DNA of 32,000 bases from positions 120,101-152,100 of the forward strand of contig NZ_AFEJ02000004.1 in NCBI RefSeq assembly GCF_000238775.2, written 5' to 3'. The translations under genes and the position numbers were made by a program. The notes beneath the pieces were generated by a model. That model was not told the origin of the DNA and did no database searches. It saw nothing but the letters and a program-made list of their open reading frames with translations. Positions 1-9,868 of the stretch are shown here, in pieces; the stretch's first letter is position 1, and the number at the start of each line of letters is the position of its first letter. The stretch comes from Acaryochloris sp. CCMEE 5410 (lineage in GTDB: Bacteria; Cyanobacteriota; Cyanobacteriia; Thermosynechococcales; Thermosynechococcaceae).

Positions 1-346
1 CACAGGTGGCACATCGGTAATTTGAGCCAAACGCAACATATTTTTGACCACTGAGTATGAATTCTATGATCACTTCAAATGATCCAGGGGGTTTATTCCA
101 GATTTTTGTAAAACAATTGTGTTCAAGCGCTGTGCTGACTGTTCAACGCGTTAGTACAATGTGTAGTCACGCTTTCAACATAAAATACTCGACCCATATC
201 TTATGTTCGCAAAAACTTACACCAAAAATTGTGTATAACCCAGAAGACTTGAACGTTAGGATTCAATCCCACTAACCAAGCCTGATACAGTTTGATTATC
301 CCTCAGTGATGGGATGATGCTTGGTAGCCAACACCTGAGTTCAGTC

Positions 347-3300
347 ATGAAGATTCTCCACGGAACCTGGATTCCTGATGAAACAGCTTTTATCCAAAAA
401 GGGGCTTTCTATCTTTGGGTGGAAACCACTGAACCCAGTCACAAGCACACATCATCTCGGACTGTTCATCCCTGCCAGTTAGGAAGGGATGAATTAGAAG
501 CCTTTCTGGACAATGAGTTAGGCGTGAAACCAGGGCGTCCGCTAGAGCAGTTGATTTCTCCTCGTTATTTCTTACTTCCCAGCGCAGATCAAGCCCCATT
601 GCCTTCCCTAGAATTGGCTCGTTACCTAGAGCAATCAACACCTGAGACTTTTGAGTGGCAGTATTGGCAGGTAGATTGCTTTGAGGTCAAGACCTGGGTC
701 AAAACAGGGCAGTACGAGCATCAACCCGTAACCGATATTATTAAGCTGCTCAATGAGCTGCACTTCATTGCCCTGCATAACCTTACTCAGATGCAGTTGG
801 GGGCAGACTTACTGTTTTGGTACCACTACACCCAAACCCTCAAGCCCGTGCTGCTGAAAGACCAGTATATTCCAGCCCTGCGCTATCGCGAGGTATTGGC
901 TGGTAAACGCCCATCCCAAAGGAGTAAGGCCAAGTCTAAAAAAACTCAAACCCAGCCCAATTTTGAGATTTACCCTGCGTGGGAAATTGTCAGTGAATCC
1001 TATGAGGCTGAGCTAGACCGATTTGTGGACTATATGCCCCTAGCTTGTGTCTGTGGATTTGCAGAAAATCCTGAAGTCCCCACTGTTTATGATCGCAAAA
1101 CGCTCCTGCGACATTTTTCAGAGTATTTGCTCACTGAAATTATGACGACAGCCTACCTACCCACTAGCTATACGAAAAAAATCGCTAGCACCTTGCTAGA
1201 AGATTGTCTACGTGCACACAAGGGGCTGCATTATGCTCAAAATACCAATGAAGAGCTTTATCAGCAATGGCGCGTGTGGCGAGATCGCATTCGCCACACC
1301 CAAACCTCGATTCCCTTTTACCTCTGCTTCCAACTCCAAGATCCCCCCACCTCCGAAGACCCTTGGCAATTGCAATTCCTCGTTGCCCCCAAACCAGATC
1401 CGTCCCTGCAAATTTCTCTTGGGGAGTATTGGCGGCTCAAACCTAAACAACATCAGGAATGGCAAAAGCAGTTGGGTGAGAGCTTTGAACAGCATCTACT
1501 ACTAAACTTAGGGTATGCGGCCCGGATTTATCCTCAGCTTTGGCAAGGGTTAGAAACCGACCAACCAATAGGCATTCCGCTAGATATCGGTGCGGCCTTG
1601 GACTTTTTACAAGAATCAGCCTGGGTTTTGGAGAATGCAGGCTATAAAGTCATGGTCCCCGCCTGGTGGACACCCAAAGGGCGTCAGCGGGCAAAAATCA
1701 AGCTGCGGGCTAAGGGGAAGTCTTCATCCAGTGCCAACGACAAATCCAAGAGCTACTTCTCTCAAGAGCGGTTAGTGCAGTATAAGTACGAGCTAGCTAT
1801 TGGTGACCAGAAGATTTCGGAGGCGGAATGGCTGGAGTTGGTTCAAGCCAAATCACCCCTCGTCCAATTTCGGGGCCAGTGGATGCATTTGGATCAGGAC
1901 AAAATGCAGGAGATGTTGACGTTCTGGAAAACTCAACAGGCCGAGAATCCAGACATGACACTCTTGGATTTTATGCGCATGACAGCGGCAGGTGGGGAAG
2001 ATGTTGAAGTGGATTTCAACCGCGATAAAACCCTAGCCCAAATGCTGAAGCAGTTGCAGGATAAGAGTCAATTAGATGCAATCTCAGACCCCCAAACCCT
2101 GCAAGGGACGCTTAGGGAATATCAAAAGCGAGGGGTCTCCTGGCTGCACTACCTGGAGCAGCTAGGTCTGAATGGTTGTCTCGCCGATGATATGGGCCTA
2201 GGCAAAACGGTCCAGGTGATTGCCCGCTTAGCTCAAGAACGCGAGCAGTCTGCTAATGGTGAGCCCATTCCCCCAACACTATTGATTGCCCCCACGTCCG
2301 TCGTGGGCAATTGGCGCAAAGAAATTCAGAAGTTTGCTCCCCATTTGAGGTCCATTGTTCACCATGGTAGCGAGCGGGCTAAGACTGTTAAAGACTTTGA
2401 ATTGATGGTGGAGCAAAACGATGTGGTCATCACCTCTTTTTCCCTGGCCCGCAAAGATAGTAAGTTATTTGATGCAGTTCCTTGGCATCGGATTGTATTA
2501 GACGAAGCCCAAAATATCAAAAACCCCAAAGCAGCTCAAACCAAGGCTATTCTCAAGCTCTCCGCCACCCATCGACTGGCTTTAACCGGAACGCCTGTAG
2601 AGAACCGATTATTAGATTTATGGTCCATCTTCAACTTCCTTAATCCAGGGTATTTAGGAAAGCAAGCTCAATTTCGCAAAAGCTTTGAACTGCCGATTCA
2701 AAAAGATAATGACCGCATGCAGTCAGCCACCCTGAAGCGGTTAGTGGAGCCGTTTATTCTGCGGCGAGTCAAAACCGATAAATCCATCATCAAAGATCTA
2801 CCGGATAAGGTGGAGCAAAAGCTATACTGCAACCTCACCAAAGAGCAAGCCTCTCTCTATGAAGCCGTCGTCAAGGATATCTCAAGTGATATTGATGAGA
2901 TGGAGGGCATCCAGCGCAAGGGCATCATTCTCTCGACCCTACTCAAACTCAAACAAATTTGCAATCATCCCCGCCAGTTCCTTCAAGATGAAAGTGACTT
3001 CCTCCCTGAACGCTCCCATAAACTTAGCCGCTTAACAGAGATGATCGCGGAAGTCATGGAGGAAGGAGAAAGTCTGCTGGTATTTACTCAGTTCACAGAA
3101 CTCGGTGATGCTCTGGAAAAATATCTGCGCCAAGTCCATCATTACAACACTTTCTATATTCATGGCGGTACCAACCGCGATAAACGAGAACGGATGATTA
3201 CCGAGTTTCAAGATCCTGACACTGGCCCCTCTGTCTTTATTCTGTCTCTCAAAGCAGGTGGGGTAGGTATTACCCTCACGAAAGCCAATCATGTCTTCCA

Positions 3301-3556
3301 CTTTGATCGCTGGTGGAATCCCGCAGTGGAAGACCAAGCCACAGACCGAGCCTTTCGCATTGGACAGCAAAAAAATGTGTTTGTCCACAAATTCGTCGCG
3401 ATTGGCACCTTGGAAGAGCGCATTGACGAGATGATTGAGGACAAGAAGAAACTCGCAGGGGCAATCGTCGGTTCAGATGAGTCTTGGCTGACGGAACTGG
3501 ATAATGAATCATTCAAAAAGCTGATCACTTTAAGCAAGAATGCCATCTTGGAATAA
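347..3556 (+). CDS. SNF2-family DEAD/DEAH-box helicase (bacterial SNF2 with N-terminal SNF2-associated region)
   Basis: Long ORF 314..3556. Helicase motifs DDMGLGKT (I), LDEAQNIKN (II), LTGTPVENR (III), QATDRAFRIGQ (VI). ATG at 347 (MKILHGTWIP...) matches the usual N-terminus of this family; ATG 314 is an alternative start. Confidence 0.93.
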   Translation: MKILHGTWIPDETAFIQKGAFYLWVETTEPSHKHTSSRTVHPCQLGRDELEAFLDNELGVKPGRPLEQLISPRYFLLPSADQAPLPSLELARYLEQSTPETFEWQYWQVDCFEVKTWVKTGQYEHQPVTDIIKLLNELHFIALHNLTQMQLGADLLFWYHYTQTLKPVLLKDQYIPALRYREVLAGKRPSQRSKAKSKKTQTQPNFEIYPAWEIVSESYEAELDRFVDYMPLACVCGFAENPEVPTVYDRKTLLRHFSEYLLTEIMTTAYLPTSYTKKIASTLLEDCLRAHKGLHYAQNTNEELYQQWRVWRDRIRHTQTSIPFYLCFQLQDPPTSEDPWQLQFLVAPKPDPSLQISLGEYWRLKPKQHQEWQKQLGESFEQHLLLNLGYAARIYPQLWQGLETDQPIGIPLDIGAALDFLQESAWVLENAGYKVMVPAWWTPKGRQRAKIKLRAKGKSSSSANDKSKSYFSQERLVQYKYELAIGDQKISEAEWLELVQAKSPLVQFRGQWMHLDQDKMQEMLTFWKTQQAENPDMTLLDFMRMTAAGGEDVEVDFNRDKTLAQMLKQLQDKSQLDAISDPQTLQGTLREYQKRGVSWLHYLEQLGLNGCLADDMGLGKTVQVIARLAQEREQSANGEPIPPTLLIAPTSVVGNWRKEIQKFAPHLRSIVHHGSERAKTVKDFELMVEQNDVVITSFSLARKDSKLFDAVPWHRIVLDEAQNIKNPKAAQTKAILKLSATHRLALTGTPVENRLLDLWSIFNFLNPGYLGKQAQFRKSFELPIQKDNDRMQSATLKRLVEPFILRRVKTDKSIIKDLPDKVEQKLYCNLTKEQASLYEAVVKDISSDIDEMEGIQRKGIILSTLLKLKQICNHPRQFLQDESDFLPERSHKLSRLTEMIAEVMEEGESLLVFTQFTELGDALEKYLRQVHHYNTFYIHGGTNRDKRERMITEFQDPDTGPSVFILSLKAGGVGITLTKANHVFHFDRWWNPAVEDQATDRAFRIGQQKNVFVHKFVAIGTLEERIDEMIEDKKKLAGAIVGSDESWLTELDNESFKKLITLSKNAILE

Positions 3557-3609
3557 CAAGAATATTAAAACTGAAACTGACAAGCATCTGAACAACAAAG
3601 GAGTTATCA

Positions 3610-4449
3610 ATGGCAGAATTTAGTCGAACCTGGTGGGGACAGCGCTTTCTTCAAGCCATTGAGCAAATTACTGATGCAGGTCGGTTAGGACGAGGGCGGT
3701 CCTATGCCAGAGGAAATAAGGTTAAGAGCTTTACTATCAAAGGTGGGTTGGTTCAGGCTGAAGTTAGAGGTTCGGTGAATCCTTATTTTGGGGTTTACAA
3801 AGAGCCTTTATATCAGACCACTATTGAATTTCACCCCATTAGTAAAGCAAATTGGGCGGCTGCGATCGCTTTTATCGCCTCCAAAGCCAGTCTGATTTCA
3901 CGACTGATGCTCAATGAGATGCCCGATAACATCGAAGATGCCTTCACCAAACTAGATCTAAATTTACTCCCTCACCGCAACTCAAATTTCACCGCTCACT
4001 GCACCTGTCCAGACTGGAGTAATCCCTGTAAACATATCGCTGGGGTCTATTACCTCTTAGCCGCCGAATTAGACCAAGACCCGTTTTTACTCTTTGAACT
4101 GCGAGGACTCTCTCGGGATGATTTGCAAAAGGAATTGGCAAAGTCTCCCCTTGGACAAGCGTTGTCAGCCGAACTAACGGCTCAACAAACACCATTTCAG
4201 CCAGATGAGACTTATTACACTCAGCCCATGACCACAACAGCTCCTGACTTGAATCACCTCAAAGACTTTTGGCAAGGAGAAAAGCGACTGCCCCAAACCA
4301 TTAATGCACCTCCAGCAACAGGGGTATCTGGGATTTTAGTGAAAACGCAGGGAGATTTTCCCGCTTTCTGGCCAAAAAATCAGTCTTTTATCGAGATAAT
4401 GGAAGAATTCTATGATCGCGTTCGAGACAAGAGTGCTTCAGTACTTTGA
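3610..4449 (+). CDS. SWIM zinc-finger protein, typical partner of bacterial SNF2 helicases
   Basis: SWIM signature CTCPDWSNPCKHIAGVYYLL (CxC...CxH). N-terminus MAEFSRTWWGQRF. AAGGAG Shine-Dalgarno 7 nt upstream. Lies 53 nt after the SNF2 stop. Confidence 0.9.
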   Translation: MAEFSRTWWGQRFLQAIEQITDAGRLGRGRSYARGNKVKSFTIKGGLVQAEVRGSVNPYFGVYKEPLYQTTIEFHPISKANWAAAIAFIASKASLISRLMLNEMPDNIEDAFTKLDLNLLPHRNSNFTAHCTCPDWSNPCKHIAGVYYLLAAELDQDPFLLFELRGLSRDDLQKELAKSPLGQALSAELTAQQTPFQPDETYYTQPMTTTAPDLNHLKDFWQGEKRLPQTINAPPATGVSGILVKTQGDFPAFWPKNQSFIEIMEEFYDRVRDKSASVL

Positions 4450-4587
4450 CATCAATTTTGGATTACTGCCATGTCAAAATCGTCTCGAAATCCCCAATCT
4501 AGCCCCATTAGTGATTAGATCAAGTGAATCGTATTCTGGGAAATCTCCCAAAACTGCTAATACATTCACTGATATCTGCAACAAACT

Positions 4588-5490
4588 ATGGCCGCTGACA
4601 ACAAATACTCCAAAGTACTCCTTGAGTTAAAGACTCACTACCAAGAGACAATCGCTGAGCTTGAAGCTCAAGCAAGTCAACTCAAGACCAAAATCGCGTC
4701 TCTGGATACGTTGATTGAAGACCCATTGTTAGGTTCTGATATCCTTTCAATCCTTCAAGGTGAAGCAGACTCAATAGAATCAGAAGCGCCAGACTCAATA
4801 GTTACCAACACAGTAGAACCTAAAGCCAAGTCTAAGAAAACTACTCAAAAAGCTGCTTCAAAGAAAAAGCCTACAACTTCTAAAAAGCCAGCTTCAACTG
4901 CAAAGTCAAAGGGCACAGTAAAACCGGAAGTTGAAGCTGAAGCGCCCCAAAAGAAGGCTGCTCAGAAAGTGTCACCCTCATCTGGGAAGAGAAAGTCTCC
5001 AACATCCAAAAAATCAGCCTCTGCACCAAAATCGACACAAAAGGTAGAGCCTAAAGTTGAAGCTACTTCCCCAAAAGCCGCTCAAAAAGCTTCCTCAAAA
5101 AAATCCTCAACCCCTAAGAAAACAGCTTCTCAGAACAAGGCCAAGAAAACTCAAAAACAAGCAGGCCGTTCTTCATCCAGTTCTCCGAAGATGAACAAAC
5201 CCTATGACCAGATGAGCAAAATTGATGCAATTACACAGATCATGAAAGAGCAATCTGGAAATTTGGTTCACATGGATGATTTGATTTTGAAGCTATATGG
5301 TGAACTGAGTGGCGATACACTCAAAGTGGAGCGCAAACGAATGCACAACACTATGTATCAGGGCACCCAGAAAAATCTATGGGTTAAATCTCCTAATGTA
5401 CCCATGAGTTATATCTTTGAAGGAAAATCACAGGCTCAATCCAAGGAATCCAAACCAGACCAGGCCAAGAAATCTCAAAAGAAGACCTGA
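4588..5490 (+). CDS. Lysine/Ser/Ala/Pro-rich histone-H1-like protein with N-terminal coiled coil and small C-terminal globular (possibly winged-helix) domain
   Basis: 300-aa ORF. Residues ~76-201 are K/S/A/P low complexity with three ~40-aa repeats, each starting VEPK/VKPE. The C-terminal ~70 aa (KIDAITQIMKEQSGNLVHMDDLILKLYG...) are non-repetitive. Confidence 0.7.
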   Translation: MAADNKYSKVLLELKTHYQETIAELEAQASQLKTKIASLDTLIEDPLLGSDILSILQGEADSIESEAPDSIVTNTVEPKAKSKKTTQKAASKKKPTTSKKPASTAKSKGTVKPEVEAEAPQKKAAQKVSPSSGKRKSPTSKKSASAPKSTQKVEPKVEATSPKAAQKASSKKSSTPKKTASQNKAKKTQKQAGRSSSSSPKMNKPYDQMSKIDAITQIMKEQSGNLVHMDDLILKLYGELSGDTLKVERKRMHNTMYQGTQKNLWVKSPNVPMSYIFEGKSQAQSKESKPDQAKKSQKKT

Positions 5491-5935
5491 TGAGAGAATA
5501 CTAGATAGCAGGGTTCAGCCAAGAGTCATTGCCTCAATCACGTGGATGCCATCATTCTTGTGATCGAGACTGCCTGAAAGTCACTCCTGAAAGCTGCAAG
5601 ATCAACGAGCTAAACCCCGATCAGTCAATAGATTTAGGCGCATTGACTCTAGTATTTACGGTATTATTTCTTCTGGCGGTATATTATCGATTATCGCGTG
5701 ACTAATCCTTTGATGCCTCACGGCGTGGCACATGGGAATGATTGCAGAAAAGCCACCCATTCTTGTTTAATTCGACTCGTCGCAGCAACAAGCAGTTCTC
5801 CCAGACAGGCAGGCCCACTTCACATACATTGAAAGTTAACATGTGCGATCGCATGTCCCAACCAACTGATTACTTGGGAACTATCTGGCTATCAAAAGAC
5901 TCAACCTCACCAACGCAGGCAATCGGAGGTTCCAA

Positions 5936-6175
5936 GTGGCTGATACCATTCACGAACATAACGAATTAGGGCAACATATATGGAGTCTAAAGAATCTAAC
6001 AGAACAGACCAAAGCTGCTGCTAAACGAGCTGAACAACACTCCCGTTCTATTGGGCAAGTTAGTCTGACCCAGAAATTATTGGATATCCAACGACAATTA
6101 TGCATTCTTCAACTCAGACTCAAAGATTCTGAGATTCAGGAATGGACTGGAGAGCAAATGCATATACCCTTCTGA
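5936..6175 (+). CDS. Hypothetical coiled-coil protein (GTG start)
   Basis: 79-aa ORF with GGAGG located 6 nt upstream of GTG 5936. No recognisable domain. Confidence 0.45.
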   Translation: MADTIHEHNELGQHIWSLKNLTEQTKAAAKRAEQHSRSIGQVSLTQKLLDIQRQLCILQLRLKDSEIQEWTGEQMHIPF

Positions 6176-6269
6176 ATCAACATGGGTAGTAACGGTTTAA
6201 CTTCTCCATCACAGTACCAATAGCTACAACCCCCTTAAATCTGTCATAGTTGCGAATATCACTCGAAAT

Positions 6270-6764
6270 CTATTCTTCAAGAGTTGCTGCAACTGAAAGA
6301 AAATAGCTACCCTTTTGAGGCTGTAAGTCAAAACTAGTAATAAAACGCTTGCAATCTGAGAAATAACGGTCTTTCCTCTCAATTAACTCGTGGATTAGAC
6401 TTTGCATTTCCGCTTTAATGGTTTGGTCCATTTCAGAGGTTAGTTGAGGTAACATGCTGTCCATTGTTTCTTGCCGATTCTTTTTAGGTATTAAGGCGAT
6501 ATTCCAAGCTAGTACAGCAAGACCTAGCAAGCTTTCCACTTCTGCAAAATCATGGGCTGTTTCTTTGTAAGGTTCAACAAACGCCTGCAAAATCTCTGAC
6601 ATTTTGGCAACGCCCTGCGGATTCATAACCATGTTCTCAGAAAAATCTTTGCCAACTGTTTTCTTGACCTTTTTTCGCAGCCGCTTGTAAGATTTGTCGG
6701 CTGCTTGTCCATAATCCTGCTCTTGATGGATTAATTCACTAAAACCTTTTGATTTTCTAGCCAT
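6270..6764 (-). CDS. Hypothetical protein, paralog A of a tandem pair
   Basis: ORF 6270..6776. ATG at 6764 gives MARKSKGFSEL..., the same N-terminus as the neighbour at 7104..7598. Roughly 60 percent identity by eye over the full 164 aa, including ELIERKD.YFSDC.R.I..FDLQPQ..SYFLSVA..LEE. Confidence 0.75.
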   Translation of the reverse strand: MARKSKGFSELIHQEQDYGQAADKSYKRLRKKVKKTVGKDFSENMVMNPQGVAKMSEILQAFVEPYKETAHDFAEVESLLGLAVLAWNIALIPKKNRQETMDSMLPQLTSEMDQTIKAEMQSLIHELIERKDRYFSDCKRFITSFDLQPQKGSYFLSVAATLEE

Positions 6765-7103
6765 AAGAGTTTTCACGAATAGTTTATGAGATAGGAATTA
6801 AGTCGCATTGGAACATTACTGTCGCCAGAGATGAAGGCTGGCAATCAGGAAGAAGCCACCTATCACGACTAGCAACACAAAACGATGACCGTACATGGCT
6901 TATGCTCTGCATGAACCTGTTGACTCTATTCTCACTGCTAGAGGGTGTTAAAGCATAAAAGCTCAAAATAAAGACACCATAAGGATAGGCAGATTGCTAA
7001 AGAGATGCAAACCAACGGATCGGTACGATTTCCACCTCCCCATCAAAGCACCCATAGCAATAGACCCATCCAATTCACAAGGATTGAGTAGATAATATAA
7101 AGT

Positions 7104-7598
7104 CTATTCTTCGAGAGAAGAAGCAACGGAAAGAAAATAGCTATCCCCTTGGGGTTGCAAGTCAAAATTAGCAATATAGCGCTGACAGTCTGAGAAATAA
7201 CAGTCTTTGCGCTCTATCAACTCATGGACTAAGGTTTGCAAAGCCGCTCCACTTTTTCGGTTCATCCCAGAGGCGACTTCTGACAACATGCTTTCTATAG
7301 CTTCTTGGCGGTCCTCTTTGGGTAATAAGGCGATATTCCAGGCAACAACAGCAAGACTCAGCAAGCATTCCACTTCTTCCAAACCATAAGCTGTTCCTTT
7401 GTAGGGATCAATAAATTCATTTAAAATATCGGACATTTTGGCAACGTCCTTCGGATTAATGGCTATGTCCTCAATAAGGTCTTTGCCAGTTGCTTCCTTG
7501 ACCTTTTTATGCAACCGCTTGAAGGATTGAGCGGTTGTTTGTTCAACATCTTGTTTTTGATGGAGTAATTCACTAAAACCTTTAGATTTTCTAGCCAT
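7104..7598 (-). CDS. Hypothetical protein, paralog B of a tandem pair
   Basis: 164-aa ORF colinear with 6270..6764 over its whole length. Confidence 0.75.
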   Translation of the reverse strand: MARKSKGFSELLHQKQDVEQTTAQSFKRLHKKVKEATGKDLIEDIAINPKDVAKMSDILNEFIDPYKGTAYGLEEVECLLSLAVVAWNIALLPKEDRQEAIESMLSEVASGMNRKSGAALQTLVHELIERKDCYFSDCQRYIANFDLQPQGDSYFLSVASSLEE

Positions 7599-7679
7599 AA
7601 TGGTTCTTCTGATGAGTCTTCTTGAGATTAAGCAACCAGATGCAAACTAGATTAACAAGAACAGGCCACTTGCTTCTTG

Positions 7680-8084
7680 CTATTGAGGTTGAGTCGCATG
7701 AAAGCTGATTTCTTGTATCCAGACATTGGTAAAATCTTCAAAATTTTCCCCAGGCACAAGGACATGGGTAGACTCGTGTAGGGTTGCAATAAATGCTTCG
7801 CGCCATAATTCCCAAGCCCGAATTGAGGGTAGCTCTAAATCTGCGCAGTATTCATGCCAGCTATCTTTCTGAAAAAGTGAGGGACCGTTGAGAACTTGCT
7901 TAAATTCAACTTCAATCAAGCCGAAATCAACCAGTTTTTGGATGAAAGGTGGATTTTTGAAGGGTGGCTTTCTGAGATCGGTGATCGGGGTTTCATAACA
8001 AAGCCGCACGGTCATCCCAGGATACTTCTTGGCTGTTCTCAGAAGCGCCAATTGAGTCTGAGTTAAGGACGGGATGCTGATCAT
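7680..8084 (-). CDS. Hypothetical protein
   Basis: 134-aa ORF. GAGGTGAGACT precedes ATG 8084. No recognisable domain. Confidence 0.6.
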   Translation of the reverse strand: MISIPSLTQTQLALLRTAKKYPGMTVRLCYETPITDLRKPPFKNPPFIQKLVDFGLIEVEFKQVLNGPSLFQKDSWHEYCADLELPSIRAWELWREAFIATLHESTHVLVPGENFEDFTNVWIQEISFHATQPQ

Positions 8085-8260
8085 AGTCTCACCTCACGCA
8101 GAATCATCTAACAGCCCTTACGGATACCCTTTGATACCCATAAGGACGCTACTTTCTAGTTCGATTTAGCTCAATCACCACCCAACCTTAAGCTACTGCC
8201 AGCTTATCAAAACCACCCAGCCCCCAGGTTCCCCCAGAGGCCAGGTCGCCAGTTGCTTGC

Positions 8261-8926
8261 CTAAGATTTAGCGGCTTCCCTCCTCATCATGCTAGAGAGC
8301 GATGATTCGACTTTCTTCTTAGCAGTCCGACGCTTCCCACCGCCACTAGCCACAACAGGAGCCGGGTCTTGAGGAACGGCCAACTCATCATCCAGTGGGT
8401 CAGGATCAACAGGTGGATCAAGGACTTGGACAGTGGATTCATCCTCTGTGATGATTGGCTCATCCTCAGCCACGGGTTCAATCTCCTCCAGGTCTTCAGT
8501 AATTTCAGGAGCCTGCTCCTCAGCCTCGACCTCAGAATTATCCTCGACCGGGCTGTCGGCCAGGAATGCCTGGGTCTGGACCTTGAACCAATCGATAGCC
8601 TTATCGTGAAGCTTCCAATGGGCATCAATCCGATCCGTGAGCTGGGACTTGATGAGCGCTTGGACGAATACTGTCTCTTGCTGACAGCCTTTGCGGTAGA
8701 CCGCCACAGTTCGTTCCTTGACCTCCTCAAAGATGGGGCCATGCTTCTGGCTCACTTTGGATAGGCCCCAGGAGCAGAGGGCAGTGAAGTTTTTCCATCC
8801 TTGGATTTCCTTTCGGATAACGAACAGGAAGGCTTTGTTTGCAGCTAGGCCCACTTGGGTAGCGGCAGTGTCGATGACTTCGGTGTGGTCGGCTTGTTGG
8901 ATTTTGACAGAAGTTATCAATTTCAT
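8261..8926 (-). CDS. Hypothetical protein with acidic/proline-rich C-terminal tail ending in a basic patch
   Basis: ORF 8261..8974. Internal ATG at 8926 (MKLITSVK...) has an AAGGA Shine-Dalgarno site. Tail EVEAEEQAPEITEDLEEIEPVAEDEPIITEDE, then GGGKRRTAKKK. Confidence 0.65.
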   Translation of the reverse strand: MKLITSVKIQQADHTEVIDTAATQVGLAANKAFLFVIRKEIQGWKNFTALCSWGLSKVSQKHGPIFEEVKERTVAVYRKGCQQETVFVQALIKSQLTDRIDAHWKLHDKAIDWFKVQTQAFLADSPVEDNSEVEAEEQAPEITEDLEEIEPVAEDEPIITEDESTVQVLDPPVDPDPLDDELAVPQDPAPVVASGGGKRRTAKKKVESSLSSMMRREAAKS

Positions 8927-9238
8927 GAGTGTTGTCCTTTGAATAATGAATAGTGGAACGACTGGCATGTGCAACCGAGTCGGCCATGTGGATATTGAGA
9001 AAATGCAAAGGCGGTCTTTGGGCCTCGCGTGAGAATATACCCTCGGGAGAAATCAGGCTCGATGTGGAGCCGTGGTGAGGTAATTTTGAGAAAAACTTTG
9101 GGTGGGAATGCCCCACTGCCTAGCCACTAGGGTAGCGTGGATAGCTTGGTGCTACAAGGATTGGGGGATTAGAGTTTCTGATCGGTGGAGGGAGGATACT
9201 AGGCAGAGCTAATGATTAGTGTGCAGGTGGTGAGAATT

Positions 9239-9868
9239 CTAAAACCTAGAGCTGTGGACAACTAAATGACGAGTTCTGTCGATAGATAGCCATCCTTCCT
9301 TTCGCAGTTCACCAAGAACGCGAGTGGCCGTCACACGAGTGACCCCCGCCAGATCTGCAATTTGTTGATGAGTTAATCGAACCTTAATTCGAATACCTTC
9401 TGGGGTCTGCTCCCCTATTTCTTTGCTAAGCAACAACAGCAACTCCCGACAGCGAGCGCTCACAGGATGGAGATGAACCAAGGCTAGCAAGTCTTCTGCC
9501 TGCTGTAAACGCCGATTGAGTTGAGACAGAATTCCTTGTGCCAGTACAGACGATCGCTCCAGTTCTATCTGAGTGATCCGCATCAGCACTACATCAGATA
9601 ACGCAATCACTTCATAAGGGTCAATCTGGGTGAAGGGCAAACCAAAGGGCATCTCTGGATAAGCCAATCCCAGGATCGCCTCATTCCCCTCACTATCGAA
9701 AGTCCGTAGTTGAAGGATTCCCCGGCAAACCACCCAAAGTTCTTGAGAATGCAACGGAATCGTGATACCCCGCTTAAATTCGTAGGTTTGGCGTCCCTGA
9801 TAGACCTCTTCGAGTAACTGCGACCCATTGTTGGGGGATAAAGTAGGTAAAATCTGGGTTGGTGGCAT
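9239..9868 (-). CDS. Crp/Fnr-family transcriptional regulator
   Basis: C-terminal HTH THQQIADLAGVTRVTATRVLGELRKEGWL, preceded by a cNMP-binding-like beta-barrel region. The ORF opens with TTG at 9901. ATG 9868, preceded by GAGGA, is preferred. Confidence 0.85.
   Translation of the reverse strand: MPPTQILPTLSPNNGSQLLEEVYQGRQTYEFKRGITIPLHSQELWVVCRGILQLRTFDSEGNEAILGLAYPEMPFGLPFTQIDPYEVIALSDVVLMRITQIELERSSVLAQGILSQLNRRLQQAEDLLALVHLHPVSARCRELLLLLSKEIGEQTPEGIRIKVRLTHQQIADLAGVTRVTATRVLGELRKEGWLSIDRTRHLVVHSSRF

Noticed and set aside
250-276. acgttaggattcaatcccactaacca resembles the T-loop, acceptor 3' end and CCA of a tRNA. That could mark an integration attachment site.
   Set aside because: The T-stem does not pair (ttagg vs cccac). 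No complementary acceptor 5' strand or anticodon arm exists in the preceding 80 nt, and I saw no second copy in the window. It is at most a degenerate fragment and cannot be supported as a tRNA or att site.
390-3546. Multiple 60-120-aa ORFs on both strands inside the SNF2 gene.
   Set aside because: They are all embedded in a 1080-aa ORF with unambiguous helicase motifs. They are off-frame artefacts.
5491-5935. 445-bp stretch without credible ORFs, including track ORF 5742..5969. I considered it as a possible ncRNA locus.
   Set aside because: I could not recognise any known RNA family signature, strong promoter-terminator pair or extended conserved structure. The TTG-initiated track ORF has no Shine-Dalgarno site and an implausible sequence.
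8287-9116. Several long alternative-frame ORFs on both strands overlap gene 8261..8926: 8287..8742, 8369..8764, 8718..8942 and 8727..9116.
   Set aside because: They lie in other frames of a compositionally biased acidic-tail gene. They lack Shine-Dalgarno sites and translate to low-complexity R/S/L-rich sequences typical of off-frame artefacts.
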